A DNA stretch of 64,000 nt from Eledone cirrhosa (taxonomy: Eukaryota): contig OZ024743.1 of NCBI GenBank assembly GCA_964016885.1, forward strand, positions 287,990,001 through 288,054,000, in the 5' to 3' direction. Shown here in pieces: positions 16,010 to 31,460 of this stretch. The notes beneath the pieces were generated by a model. It was given only the letters and a program-made list of their open reading frames with translations, had not been told where the DNA came from and made no database searches. How positions within the stretch are numbered: the first letter of the stretch is position 1; each line of letters begins with the position of its first letter. The position numbers and the translations under genes were made by a program.

Positions 16010-18075
16010 GATGTGTATGGTTATAGGAACAGGAAGGACAACCGTACGAATGCGCATGCGCAGAAACTCGGTCACTTCACACAGGCAATAGTAGACTGCG
16101 TGCGGGGGGGGGGGGGGTGTAAGGGAGATAACTGCGAAAGTTCGGAAAGTTTTTTGTTGAAAATAAAATAAAAAAATTAAAAATAAAATTACAAAGAACC
16201 AGTCCGGAGCCTTGTAGTTATGCAATAGATGTTTGGTGACGTGTGGACAACGTGTGAAAAATTCACTTCTCGTGTTTACGCAATCACTATTGCGTTATCT
16301 CTTTAGGATAGTTATTCGTTCGTCAATACATAAGCCACACGTCGGATTTCCCCTTGCGTATGGCTTGGACTTAGTGATGGCTTTCCATTGAATGGAGTAC
16401 CCTATACTTGAGTCCTTGAAGGACCATACGTGGCTCGCGAGTTTCGTGGATGAACGTCTGTCCGGGTATCTGAAGGTAGACTGGTGGTTCAGGAAACGCT
16501 CCTTAAATCGGCCCTCCGCCATGCCCACATAGGATTTGACCTCCTGTGGTTCGTTTGGTCGGTTGGAAGTGATCACAGCTTCATAAATTACAGCTGGTGT
16601 GTTGCATTGTTGTTGAAGGGGGCAAGCTTCAGGCTTACGGCAAGAGCACCCTGGTGGGTTGTTGCTCCTAGGGCTGCTGGTGATGTGGGCCTTCATGATC
16701 TTAGCGCAGGAGTATCCTAGTTTAACTGTGTGTCGGTTAAAGATGGAGCGGTATTTATGACCTATAGGGAAGTGTCTATCTAAGAGGGCTATACATTTTT
16801 TTCCTACATTGGTTTTAACGTTGAGTGAGAAGGGAGGAGAGAACCAGATAGTTTGTCTATTGATGCGCTTACTTTTCTTAATGGTGTTGTTGCTAGTGGG
16901 AGAGTAGGTGATAAGTTGTGAGAAGCCGCTGTTAGCCAACGCCGTGTTATAGTAGGGTGCCACCCTGTCAAAGATAGCCTTATTAGAGGAGTGGTTTGAG
17001 ATTCTAGTACTGATATTCTTAACGAAGTTTCTAAAAACAGTGGGGGGTGGCATGAGTCCTTGCGAATGTAATTAAGTTTCTCGTTTAGCTTATGGAAGGG
17101 TCTGTGTGTGTGTGTGTGCGAAGGTATAAATTAATGTCTAAGAAATCTACGCTAGAGAGGTTGGTGGCTACTGTTATCCTAAGGCCTAACTCATTGAAGG
17201 TAGAAGCTAAGTCTTTTTTAAACCGGTCGAGGTTGTGACCACGTTTATGGCTCGATAAAGTCAGTCCATCGTCACGGTATATTCCCGTGTGGCAGTCCGG
17301 GAATCTAACACGTAATATGTCTAAGATAAAAAGGCCAACCAAGTCACATACGTCAGCACAGTCAAACGATCCCATGGAGACGTCGAACAGGTCTGAAGAT
17401 GTAGACTTCTTTGCTCAGGCTACTCCGTCGTTGAAGAGGAGGGTTTTCCGGCAGTGAGCGATGATTTCCTTGTCTAAACCATCGACGGTGGTATAAGTGG
17501 TAGCGAAGTCCAACGCTTTGTTTAACAGGGTCTCTGAGATCGACGGGAACAAATCGACAATGTCAAACTGTGCGAACTTCGCTTTTTTGGATGTTAAGGA
17601 GTTAAACCACTTAATTACGGAGTCGCTGTTCTCCCACTGGGGCAGGTTGGACTTGGTCCTAATGGTCTTAACTATGTTTCTAAGTATGGCCTTACTGACT
17701 AGTCCCATATCTGTGCGTACCGGGTTTATTAGTCTACATGTGGGGTTAGAAGTAAAGTCTATCTTGTGATTTTTCAGGGTGAGGAACGCCTCCCGCTTAG
17801 CTAGAGATTGTAGCTTCTTATCTACCTTAAGGACGGTGGCGAGTTCCTTGGCTTCTGTATTAATGTCGTGGTAGGCCATAGGCTCCGGACTGATTCTTTG
17901 TAATTTAATTTTTAATTTTTTTATTTTATTTTCAATCAAAAAACTTTCCGGACTTTCGCAGTTATCTCCCTTACACCCCCCGCACGCAGTCTAGTATTGC
18001 CTGTGTAAAATGACCGAGTTTCTGCGCATGCGCGTTCGTACGGTTATCCTTCCTGTTCCTATAACCATACACATC

Positions 18076-18115
18076 CCGAGCTGAAGATCCGCGAAGGTGA
18101 AACAATTGTTCTCGG
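18076..18115 (+). ncRNA. Minimal hammerhead ribozyme in the inverted 5' pLTR copy
   Basis: Identical motif CCGAG CTGAAGA TCCGCGAAGGT GAAA CAATTG TT CTCGG. Confidence 0.8.
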
Positions 18116-18147
18116 TATGGTGAACTATATATATATATATATATATA

Positions 18148-18364
<217 letters not shown>

Positions 18365-18371
18365 TATATAA

Positions 18372-18447
<76 letters not shown>

Positions 18448-18449
18448 TT

Positions 18450-19785
<1,336 letters not shown>

Positions 19786-19865
19786 ATATAGATGAGATTC
19801 CAGGAAAAACTTGAACCGTTAAGATCTCATTCCTGGATATGTCAATATTTATAAAACAAACTTTG

Positions 19866-19926
19866 TATTTTATCTGATGAGAGCGTACAAAAGTTTTGGT
19901 ACCCTTGAAATATATATAATAGAATA
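19866..19926 (+). ncRNA. Type-I hammerhead ribozyme motif
   Basis: TATTTTAT CTGATGA GAGCGTAC ... GTACCCTT GAAA TATATA TA ATAGAATA: 8-bp stem I, 7/8-bp stem II. Confidence 0.75.
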
Positions 19927-19978
19927 AATATGGTTTTATAAATATAGTTTCCATTTATTAATATCATTGATACATATA

Positions 19979-20029
<51 letters not shown>

Positions 20030-20485
20030 ATATATATACGTGCGCGCGTATGTGTGTGTATATAATGGCACATGCGTTGACTCTCTCGCACTCTCTCTTT
20101 TTCTCTCTTTCCCTCTCCCCATATCTCCCCACATATAAACATGTATATAAGGAATAAACCCTAATTTTTTTTTTTTTCGTGAAAGATACACTTTCTTTTC
20201 TTAAAGGTTAAACGCTTTTGGTGATGAAAATATTAACCGTAAAACTGTTACTTTGCTCTTTACAAAAATATACTTACCAACACAGTTCTATACGTGTTCC
20301 CACATATATATACATTTACATATATAAATATAGAAAGAGTGAGTTAGTAAAATAGATACATAGATTGCTTGATTGATAGGTTGATATATATGTATAAATA
20401 TGTACATATATATATGTATATATATATATATATGTGTGTGCGTGTGTATATACACACACACACACATACACATATATATATATAT

Positions 20486-20662
20486 AATTGTTTCTACTTT
20501 AGGCACAAGGCCAGTAGTTACCCAGTACATTACTGGTACTTTATTTTATCGACCCCGTAAGGATGAAAGGCAAAGTTAACCTCGGCGGGATTTGAACTCA
20601 GACTGTAAAGGGACGTAACTATGCTAGAAAGCATGGCGTCCAACCCTCTACCCATACTGCCA
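20486..20662 (-). mobile_element. Meta-type SINE lying inside an inverted repeat
   Basis: Consensus match. Confidence 0.85.
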
Positions 20663-20881
20663 GTTCTAATAGAAATACCTATCCATCAATCATTCAATAA
20701 TATTAATCTCTATATCTATTTATCTCACTCACTGTTATGTTTATATATGTAAATGTATATGCAAATTTGAGTAGACACGTGTAGATTTGTGTTGGTAACT
20801 ATATTTTTGTAAAGGGCAAATATATATATATATATATTTACGCACACACACACACTCATATATATGTATATATACATATGC

Positions 20882-20914
<33 letters not shown>

Positions 20915-20963
20915 TGTATGTATGTATGTATGTATGTATATGTATTAATATATATATATATAC

Positions 20964-20998
<35 letters not shown>

Positions 20999-21055
20999 TG
21001 TATGTATGTATGTATGTATGTATGTATATATATGTATTAATATATATATATATAC

Positions 21056-21090
<35 letters not shown>

Positions 21091-21123
21091 TGTATGTATG
21101 TATGTATGTATGTATGTATATAA

Positions 21124-21210
<87 letters not shown>

Positions 21211-21359
21211 GACATATATATACATATATACATATACATATACACGTATCTATGAATCCATCATTCGATAATCAACCTATGAATCTATTCCTCTAACTCA
21301 TTCATCCCCTCCCCCTCTCTCTCTGCCCCTTCTCTCTCTCTTTCTCTCACTCTCTAAAA

Positions 21360-21935
21360 ATTCAAACATACATGTGTATACTCTCATACAAATACGCACA
21401 CACACTAATACATAGACATGTACTCACATACCCATACATAAATATACGCACACTTACGTGTACATATATGCACAAACATTCACAGACACACATGGGTATA
21501 TACACATACGTACACAAACATACACACTCACGCAGAAACAAACGATACAAAAACTCAGACACACACGTGGATATATACATACACACACTCATACATAAAC
21601 ATATACACATACACACATACACACTCATACAAAAACATACAGATATATGCACGTGCACAAACACTAAAAACTAAAAAAACATCAATATGCACACAAACAC
21701 TCTCGCACACACAAATGCACACATAAAAACACAGAAGAATTCACAGACACTTACGTACATACACGCACACAGAAACAATACAAAAGTCGCACACGCGTGT
21801 ATACACACACTAATATTTAAACATAGACACACACATATAAAAATCATACACATAAAAAATTCACAGACACACGCAAACACACACACACATACGAACGTCC
21901 ATCAACGACACACAAACTAGACACACACACACAGA
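21360..21935. repeat. Degenerate CA-rich low-complexity tract
   Basis: Strand-biased ACAC/ATAC sequence. Confidence 0.8.
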
Positions 21936-22070
21936 AGCAACAATGCATCCCCCATGAAATGCAAAACAACCATGACACACCTGGACTCTCCTCCTCGGCC
22001 CCCCACACCTGAATCCCGGAGTACTCGCTGACAACCCCCAGCCTTCTTAAAACTTTTTTTCCAAACTTTG

Positions 22071-22187
<117 letters not shown>

Positions 22188-22299
22188 GCCGAAGAATGAC
22201 TTATGTTCGAAACGTTAAGCCTTCTTCTACTTCCTACTGATCGTGATACTAATAAGCGTTTGTGTTTTTGCTTCTCTGTGTTTGATTTGTCACTTCTTG

Positions 22300-22352
<53 letters not shown>

Positions 22353-22614
22353 TGCAAGCGGTGGGAGGGACCGTCTTGACGAAGGCCAGTCAAGCTTCAA
22401 ATGCATAGAACGATTGTCCCCCTTGCTTCTGCTGGACACCACCAGAGGGCGTTAGCTCCGGTGTTTGCATAGCTTCGGCTTTCTAAAACCGTATTTCTTT
22501 ACAAATACGAAATTTCTATACATATTTGTATAAAGTTATGCTTGAAGCGAAATCTTATTTCTCTATATATATATATACATATATGTATATAAATGGATTA
22601 TATATATATACATA

Positions 22615-22645
<31 letters not shown>

Positions 22646-22780
22646 ATAAACATGCACCTGTTTGTCGTTTTGTATGCATGTGTTTGTGTGAATTTGTGTG
22701 AATTTGTGAATCTATATCGGATCAGTTTATGTACGTAATTATATATTTGTGTATTAAACTCTATATACTTAACAACACAG

Positions 22781-22870
<90 letters not shown>

Positions 22871-23056
22871 CAATGTATGTGTATATGTGTGCGTATGTGT
22901 GTGTGTAGTAGACAGTATTCGCTGATCGTATTATAATTGCCAATTAAAAAATTCCTTGGCAAATTGTATAAATATCTTCCCAAATATTCTAACAAGATTT
23001 TAGGGTTATTCGCTATTCCTTTTTTGTCGTCCCATCGTCTCTATTATGGTAATGCA

Positions 23057-23110
<54 letters not shown>

Positions 23111-23117
23111 TATATAG

Positions 23118-23194
<77 letters not shown>

Positions 23195-23201
23195 TATATA
23201 G

Positions 23202-23280
<79 letters not shown>

Positions 23281-23312
23281 TATTTATATATATATATATA
23301 TATATACATACA

Positions 23313-23357
<45 letters not shown>

Positions 23358-23361
23358 CATA

Positions 23362-23431
<70 letters not shown>

Positions 23432-23530
23432 TATGTGTGTGTGTGTATGCATATATATATTCCATACATACATAAATACATATATATGCATATATATATA
23501 TATATATTTATATATTTATACATATGTATT

Positions 23531-23575
<45 letters not shown>

Positions 23576-25759
23576 GGGGAGAAAGAGAGAGGGGGTGGTA
23601 GAAAGAGAGAGACATTTCATAAAACATTTGGTTCGACATATATTCTACGTGAGCAGTCATGTGTTTTCAAAGTTGTCAAGAGGTAAAAAAATATATATAT
23701 TTAGACTTCTTTGGTGGTAAGTCTTTGTGCCAAACTAGATTTCCGTCTTGTATGATAGTTAGAGAGAAAAAAACAGTTGTAAATAAGAATTAAAATAAAT
23801 AAACCTAGAACCTAATATACCTACTGTTTTTAAATTCAAAGCACAATATATTAGCTTATTGTCTGTATGAATGGCTTAAAATGTAAGCACAAGGAAAACC
23901 TTGAGGGGTGAATTAACCATTTAATTACCATATTTCTAATTTCTACCTATGATGCTGAAATAATTTTGAAACTACTTCAAGAATTCAACTTAATAAAATA
24001 TTTAAGTTAAACACTTTTGTATTATGGAAACAGGTCTGGTTTCGGGCGGTTCAAATCAAAGTATTCAAATCTTTTTTACTCTTTTGTCTTGGAGGGAAGG
24101 GCCGAAGCTATGGCCTTTTGCAGGGTCTCCGTGACTGTTGGGAGAGGGTGGGTGGAATGTATCCTCAAACTGGAGAAATGCTCCCAATGCACGAAACACC
24201 GTGGGCTTTAATGGAGCCAACAAAGATTCAAGTGACTGTCCTGTTAAACCGAGCGATGGATTACTTCTAGTTAATTCTACCCTTCATGTAAGCTACAGCC
24301 GAATTTGAATAAATTGGAACAAACACCGCAAGACATCACGCCTGAAACTCTTATGATTCCACCTGTATTTATCTGGTACCTGTACTTATATTATCGATCC
24401 CGAAAAATGAACGGACAAGTTGACCTTGGCAATATTTAATCTCAGCGCGAAATAAATTCAAATATTTTGCCAATGCGTTTTAATCAATTAAAGGCCGTCT
24501 CATGCTTGACTCGTACATATTCACCATCCTGGGCCGGACAAAACTAAAAATTTATCTTGGTGATATTTGAAATACGGGAAATTACTAAAGCGACTAAATT
24601 TCTCATTCACTTAACCAATTCTACCAATACACCGATCTTTGAAATATAATTTCATCTAGCATAAACACAAGGGCAGATAGTTCTTTAACCACAGTACTTG
24701 ACTGGTCCATTATTTTAATAGCCTCAGAATGATGAAAGGCAAACTTGACTTCGGTGACATTCAAACACAGAACGTAAAGAGTCGTAATAAATACTGCAAA
24801 GCATTCTGTCGGTGCTCTAACGACCGGGTGTCAAAACAGTGTCGCCTGCATAGTGGCAGCTCATTCTATAAAGGATCAACCGATGAATGTATCATAAAAC
24901 CGAAATTGACGCACGATTGTGACTTTGGTGTAAGTATTTCAACAATATACGATTTACAAATGTCGTTGAATATCATGGAGGAAAGCTGAAATCTCACTGT
25001 GGTCGACTTGTTCTTTCATTTTCGGGAGTCTCGATAAAATAAGTTCCGGTTGAACACTGGAATATAAATAAAAGATAACTGAACCTCCGTCAGTTTCGAA
25101 AATGAACGTTTCAGGGAATCAACCCACGGAACGTCCTACATGTTAAATTAATATGTTAGTGGCTGAGTATTACACAGACACGTGTGTTCTTAACGGAATT
25201 CTCAGTGTGATGTAGTATGTCAAAAGGTTGTCCTTTGATTTACAGTTAAATCTAGGTGACGTATTAGAAGCAGGTGTAGTCAATCGAATTTTACTTTAAA
25301 ACTTGGATTGAGCTAAGACTATATTAAAGATCTATCTTAATATACATAGCAGCGGGACCAAATCTGGAGCCTCGTGGTTATGAAGCGAACTCCTTACCTA
25401 TTTATCCATGCTGCATCCGCATTTAATTATAACTACCTGTTAAATTATGTGGCCCTATATCTATAGAGAAGAAACAATCGATAAGTTCTCAGACCTCATT
25501 TGCTTACCGAGTGGAGAGGAGTTCGTGAAATCGGATAAAGAAAACGGTGTTTCCAGCGTTCTTTCCGCTGCTTATACTATATACCGGTCGCAACCCTAAG
25601 CAGAAGGAGCTACGCGAAATAAAGTGTCTTTCTCCAGGATATAATGCATCGCCCGGTCTGGGAATCGAATCGCAGCCTCACGATTGTGAATATAATTCTC
25701 TAACCACTAAGCCACTCGCCTTCACAGATTAGATACGATATCAATATTATCCGTCACAT

Positions 25760-26535
25760 GGTGCTGGATTGACAGAATCATTAGAGCGTTGGACAGAATG
25801 CTTTGTAGCATTTATTTACGGCCCTTTACATTCTAATTTTAAATCCCAGCCGAGTCGACAAAATAAAGTACCAGTTATGTACTGTGGTTGATGTTCCCTC
25901 CATCTCAAATTGGCGGCCTTGTGCCTAAATTAAAAATCAATATTATCCGACACAGTTACTACTTTAATCTTTCACTAGTTTATATTATTTGGTTATTATG
26001 GCCATGATGCAACATAACCCTTTATACAGAATTGTGACATAGCCACAAAGTCTCACAATCGAGGGCTGGATAAAGTCTATTAAACTGACCCCAGTACTCG
26101 ACTGTTTTATGATTTTCTTCGTGTTTTTTAGCTATTTGTATTATCTTTCCATTATTTTTTAGTTGCAGCATAGAGTTACGGCACTTTACTGTCTGAGATC
26201 AAATCCCGTCGAGGTTAACTTTACCTTTCATCCTTACGGAATCGATAAAATAAAGTACCAGTAATACACTGGGGTAAAAGTATGCCAAAAGTAGAAAATT
26301 ATTTACTTGTTTTTCTCTCTAGTCTTCCTGGGTTGTTTAGCATTCCATTAAGTCTATTATAACTACAACTTATTATTGGGAGAGCTTGAGTATTAATAAT
26401 TGTTTCTACCGTTGGCACAAGGCCAGCAATTACCCCAGTGTATTACTGGTACTTTATTTTATCGACCCCGTAAGGATGAAAGGCAAAGTTAACCTCGAAA
26501 GGATTTGAACTCAGACCGTAAAGGGACGTAACTAG
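25760..26535. mobile_element. Meta-type SINE copies (+ ~25760-25940, + ~26165-26300, - ~26397-26535)
   Basis: Consensus matches. Confidence 0.75.
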
Positions 26536-27429
26536 GCAATCAGCTTATTCTTTGCTTTGTTTTAAGTACTAATCCAATGCATCTATAATATTCCTTTCTT
26601 ATGTTTTCTTTGTGTGTGTTGTACACACTCTAGTTTTGTGTGTTGAACACTCTCTAGGTATTTGTATTTCTGGCACGTGATTTAATGGTTAGAGAGTTGG
26701 GTTCGCAATCGTGAGGTTGCGAGTTCAGTTCTCGGACTAGGTGATGCGCTGTGCATCACGTTGTTCCTTCTGCCAGGAGTTGCGACCGGTAGATAGTATG
26801 AGCAATGGAAAGACCAATGGAAACATTGTTTCCTTGGTCTGATTTGACGAGGTTCACCCCACTCGGCAAGTGAACGAGGTCTGGGATCGTGTCGATCGAT
26901 CAGAGCGAGCATATTTCATTATTTGCTCTAATTTTAAGTTTCTTTTTTTATACGATACAAGAATCTATAATTAACTTCTCCTTCTTTATTGTTGCTTTGA
27001 TACATTTTTCCAATCCAAATCTCATAAAAATATCTCTACTAAATCAACGCACAATCTGGGACGGTATGTACTCAACAGAATTTGTTATGTATTTCCCTGT
27101 ATGTCATGGGTCTTGTGGAAAACGCCTTTTGTAATAAATCCAGATTTTTATATTTGGTAAAATCGTTATTATAAAAAAATATATAATTTCTCTGTAAAGT
27201 ACATTGTACATTTCGAATCAGGCAAAAACGTGGAAAGAAACGACTGTGAGGGAATAGAAGAAATAAGCCTGCAAAGAAAGAAAAATAAAGAAATAAGTAA
27301 GGAGAGCAGGGGATTCCTTTCCATTCAACAGTAAAACGATTCTTCCAGACAGTGGTAAAAATCATTCTTGCAGAATGATCCGTAAAATACATCACGGTGA
27401 AATACATCATGAATACACACATACGCACA

Positions 27430-27465
<36 letters not shown>

Positions 27466-27693
27466 TACATGCATTGTGTATACGCATTTATATGTGTATG
27501 CATGCATATTTTATGTATGTATATCTACATATACTATATACTTTTTGTGACTATACTTAAAACCCCAACTCTCTCCCTCTCTCTCTCTATATATATTAGC
27601 TTTTGGGGGACGCTGCCGCGATGCAGATGACTAAATAATAATTAAATAACGCGGGTAAAGTACACCCTGGAGACGGAAAAAAAGGGACAGAAA

Positions 27694-27763
27694 CGCCTGT
27701 GGGAATTGATCCACGCATCTCCCGTATGTCGAACGATAGTTTTTAACCATTACACTAAATCGC
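27694..27763 (-). pseudogene. tRNA-like sequence (pseudo-tRNA or SINE head)
   Basis: Minus strand has A-box TAGTGTAATGG and B-box-like GGATCAATTCCC at tRNA spacing; acceptor stem is poor. Confidence 0.4.
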
Positions 27764-28144
27764 ATCTGGTGGACAATTGACGTTTTCTTGAAGCTTTAAG
27801 TGCTTGGCTAGAAGTATAAACAATATTTGGTTAATTTATAGGGAAATTTTAAATTTATAAATTTATAAATATTTAAACTTTTCTCAATGCAAATACTTAT
27901 AAATAATAGTTATGCAAGGTAAACCTTACTCGTGTATGTTTTTTTGTAAATACTCAAACTAGCTTCGATGTCAAACCAGTTGCACAAGGAATAATTGATA
28001 TACAGAGAGTTAGTATAACAGCTTCATCTGTTGTGGAACTGAAAGAAATGGCTTTCTCTTTCGCCTTTATGAAATCTAACATTCATTAACTTTAGACAAA
28101 CCCTGATGGGGCAGTGATCAGGAAGGAAATCACAGAAAAAATAT

Positions 28145-28280
28145 AACAAATTTAGCTAGAAAAATACGATACAAATTTTGCTAGGAAGACATCACAAATT
28201 TAGCCAGGGAAACACACCGCAAATGTAGTTAGGAAACAACCAGCATATTTAGACAGGAAAAAGTCACAAATCTAGTTCGG
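28145..28280. repeat. Degenerate ~25-27 bp minisatellite (ACAAATTTAGCTAGGAAA...)
   Basis: About 6 diverged units visible. Confidence 0.65.
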
Positions 28281-29809
28281 GTGAACCTCACCGAAAATAT
28301 GTTACATTTCATTTAAATATTAAAAATTATACTTAAAGTACTGAGACAAATAATTAAGCTGACTTATTACGGATAGGGCTTGGTTTAAGTTTTACTGAAA
28401 AGCTTGCTCTAAAAATTATTTTCCCCTAAATTATGATCTTCCCATGTGTGCGCTGTAAATTTTTTCTTGTGATATTTCTCCTATAATTGATTGATTAGAG
28501 AAATGAGCAAAGACACTCCAGCCGTGACCATCCAGGCTTTTTTCGAGTAAAGCCCAATATATCCTTCGTTTTCATGGCGGTAGCGCGTGATTTGAGAGAA
28601 GTTTGATTGCAATTACTAGAAGGCGGCGAATAGGTTGAGTCATTGGAACGCCGGATAGAATGTTTTGCGGTATTCGTTTCGGTTCTCTGCTTTCTGAGTT
28701 CAAATCCTGCCAAGGTCAACTTTGCCTTTCATCCATTCGAGGTCGATAAAAAAAGCACCAGTACTGGAATCGGTCTTCCTTTATATCTTTTTTCTCACTT
28801 CCATTCTCTCACTCTTTATCCTTTTCTGTAAGAAATCTGCTGTATTGAGACCCGGAGAAAGGAAGGGCCCCGCCAGGTTTAAGAATGCTCGTGTGTCAAT
28901 ATAGGGTCCCCGTGACTCCCGCAGGAATTACAGGAAAAGAAGTAAGTCGAACAACTTAGGAGATGTACTTTAGTTGCCTGGATAAACTTTTCATTTCTCA
29001 TAAATATGAAGTCTCACACATATTTGAGGACGGATGAATCGAAACCTGCTCCTTGCCATTCTATTTTACCTATACAGGAAGTTCGCTTTGGGGAGTAGAG
29101 TATTTGAACTCAGAACGTAATAGAATGTGAATATATTATTCTGCAAGGTATTTTCTTCGTCGCTCTACTGATTCTGCCAATACATTCTGTTAATACATAC
29201 AAATAGGAAGACAGACTATATGAAAGAAAGAAGCGCATCTACTACCACACAAGCATCACTACTACTACTACTACAACTACCACCACCGCCACTACTACTA
29301 CCACCACCACCATCACCATCCCATCATGACCCCACCCCTCAATATCACCATCAAAACAAACAATAAAAGACATTTTAAAGTAAAGTAGATGTACATTTAA
29401 ATAACAAAAAATAAATAGGAAAGAAAAACTAACAAAAAACATAAAACAAGACGAAGCAAAAAAAAAAAAGTAAAAACAAAATGGCGTTTATAAGCCAACA
29501 GATTGTTTCTGTAAATTATTTACACAATCCTTGTGTTGCGATCATTTGCCGTCTTGTCATAGCTGATGGTTGACATGGCGGTTTACTTTTAAATTGTTAA
29601 AGCTTTAAGCGACCACAAACAATAAAAGCTCCGTTAGAAAAGACAATAAACATTCACATGTTGCACTTTTTTCATGTTTTCTTCTTTTTTCTATCCTGTC
29701 AAAAATAATATCACCAGGGAAAATGGTGGTTTTATGCTGTTGTTTTTTGTGTGTCCCTATTATTAACGTGTGTTGTTGTGACAATCATCATCGTTGTCAA
29801 GCTGCTGTC

Positions 29810-29900
<91 letters not shown>

Positions 29901-30180
29901 AGTGTGTGCGTGTGTGTGTGTGTATTTATATATATATATAGTATACAGTTATAGGCATATGAGTCGGGGTGGTGGTGGCAAGGACGATGCATCTAAAATT
30001 TGATAGTGATGACTTCCAGAAGATTCTACCCACCGCCGTCACAGATTGGGGCAAAACAAAATATATATGCATATGTATATATATAACGAAGGAGTTGTGG
30101 TAAGGAACCAGATGGACCATAACGCACCAGAGTACTCAATACTTAGGGTAGTAGAGTGGGTAATAGGAAAAGGTACTTTT

Positions 30181-30214
<34 letters not shown>

Positions 30215-30404
30215 AAAAATACTTTTTAAAATCTCTATAACTGTTACATTAAGCAAGGTTTTTCTTACTCACACATTCTCTATTGAATTTATTACGTTTT
30301 CGCATTTTCTCATTATTAGGGTATAAATGTTAAACTTTCTCTTAGGTTAATCACTACCTTGATTAAATCTTAACCATTTAACATCTCAGGGTATGTCATG
30401 TATC

Positions 30405-30467
30405 ATTATATTTTGTTTGATGAGGATGTACTGTTGTACATCCGAAATATGTATAATAAAATGTAAT
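30405..30467 (+). ncRNA. Hammerhead ribozyme motif with a C3->T core change
   Basis: ATTATATTTTGT TTGATGA GGATGTAC tgtt GTACATCC GAAA TATGTA TA ATAAAATGTAAT: perfect 8-bp stem II, 12-bp stem I with G-U pairs. Confidence 0.65.
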
Positions 30468-30605
30468 TGATCAAAAGAACATCTATTTTATTAATATTTG
30501 TATTTTAATATTAATAACTCTGGAAAATTATTTTTTTCCAGTAGAGTGCTTCCAATCTACTGTAAAACTCATTCTTTGATTTATTCATTGAACCTTGTTT
30601 AACTC

Positions 30606-30677
<72 letters not shown>

Positions 30678-30681
30678 TTCA

Positions 30682-31460
30682 AAAAACGTTGCAACCGAAG
30701 GAAGACAGGAAGACGATACTTTGATTCATAGAAATGTTCCCTGGCAAAGAACGGAAAAAAACGAAGATAATACGTCATTATTTGGTGCAGTGAAATCAAT
30801 TACACGCAAGACAAAACCACGTTTATGGTATAAATGAAGTCGTAGACTAATATTCTATTAGGTGGTTCATGGAGCCGTTTTCTGGCAACGAACGGAAAAA
30901 CGAAGATAATACGTCATTATATGGATCGTTGAGAACAATTACACGCAAAGACAAAACCACGTAAATGGTATAACTGAAGTCGTAGACTAAAATTCTATTT
31001 AGAAAACCGAATGATTCTTGGCTTCAGAGTTAAGAATAAAGTAAATAAAATACAGAGGTAATTGAAATTAAATATATACATACACGCATCCAAATACGTA
31101 CATACACAAGCAAACGCGAAAACGCTCGCCATGGATATGCAAATACAAGCACGTACACAAACCCCCCCCGCACGCACATACAGAACCCACGCAACGCCTT
31201 ACTCGCACACATACGAACGTATACACCAAATACACATAAAATATATATAAAAAAAAAAATATATATATATGTGTGTGTGTGCGTGTATACATAATTATAT
31301 AAACGTATATAAATATACACACATAAATACGTATATAACGCGCGCACACACATACCTACATTTAAATACACATATGTTCGCGGACGTACGTCAACCAGAA
31401 CACATACGTACGAACCCGCATACTCACACAGACGCAAAACTCACGTATACACATAACCAA
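30682..31460 (+). mobile_element. Unclassified interspersed repeat with an internal ~150-bp tandem duplication; second copy inverted at ~62140-62840
   Basis: CTGGCAA.GAACGGAAAAA.CGAAGATAATACGTCATT...CGTAGACTAA occurs twice; reverse complement present at 62500-62840. Confidence 0.75.

Larger units (their letters stand above)
15958..18127 (-). mobile_element. Penelope-like element (frameshifted RT plus GIY-YIG) bounded by ~250-bp inverted pseudo-LTR arms
   Basis: ORFs 17415-17939 (CRLINP, QFDIVDLFPSI), 17085-17375 (MGSFDCADVCDLVG, GIYRDDG) and 16295-17053 (WFSPPFS, VIYEAVI...YVGMAEGRFKERF, CGLC). 15958-16212 is the reverse complement of 17880-18127. Confidence 0.93.

Noticed and set aside
28145-28280. 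Short regularly spaced repeats as a CRISPR-like array
   Set aside because: Degenerate tandem minisatellite without unique spacers, in a eukaryotic context with no cas genes.
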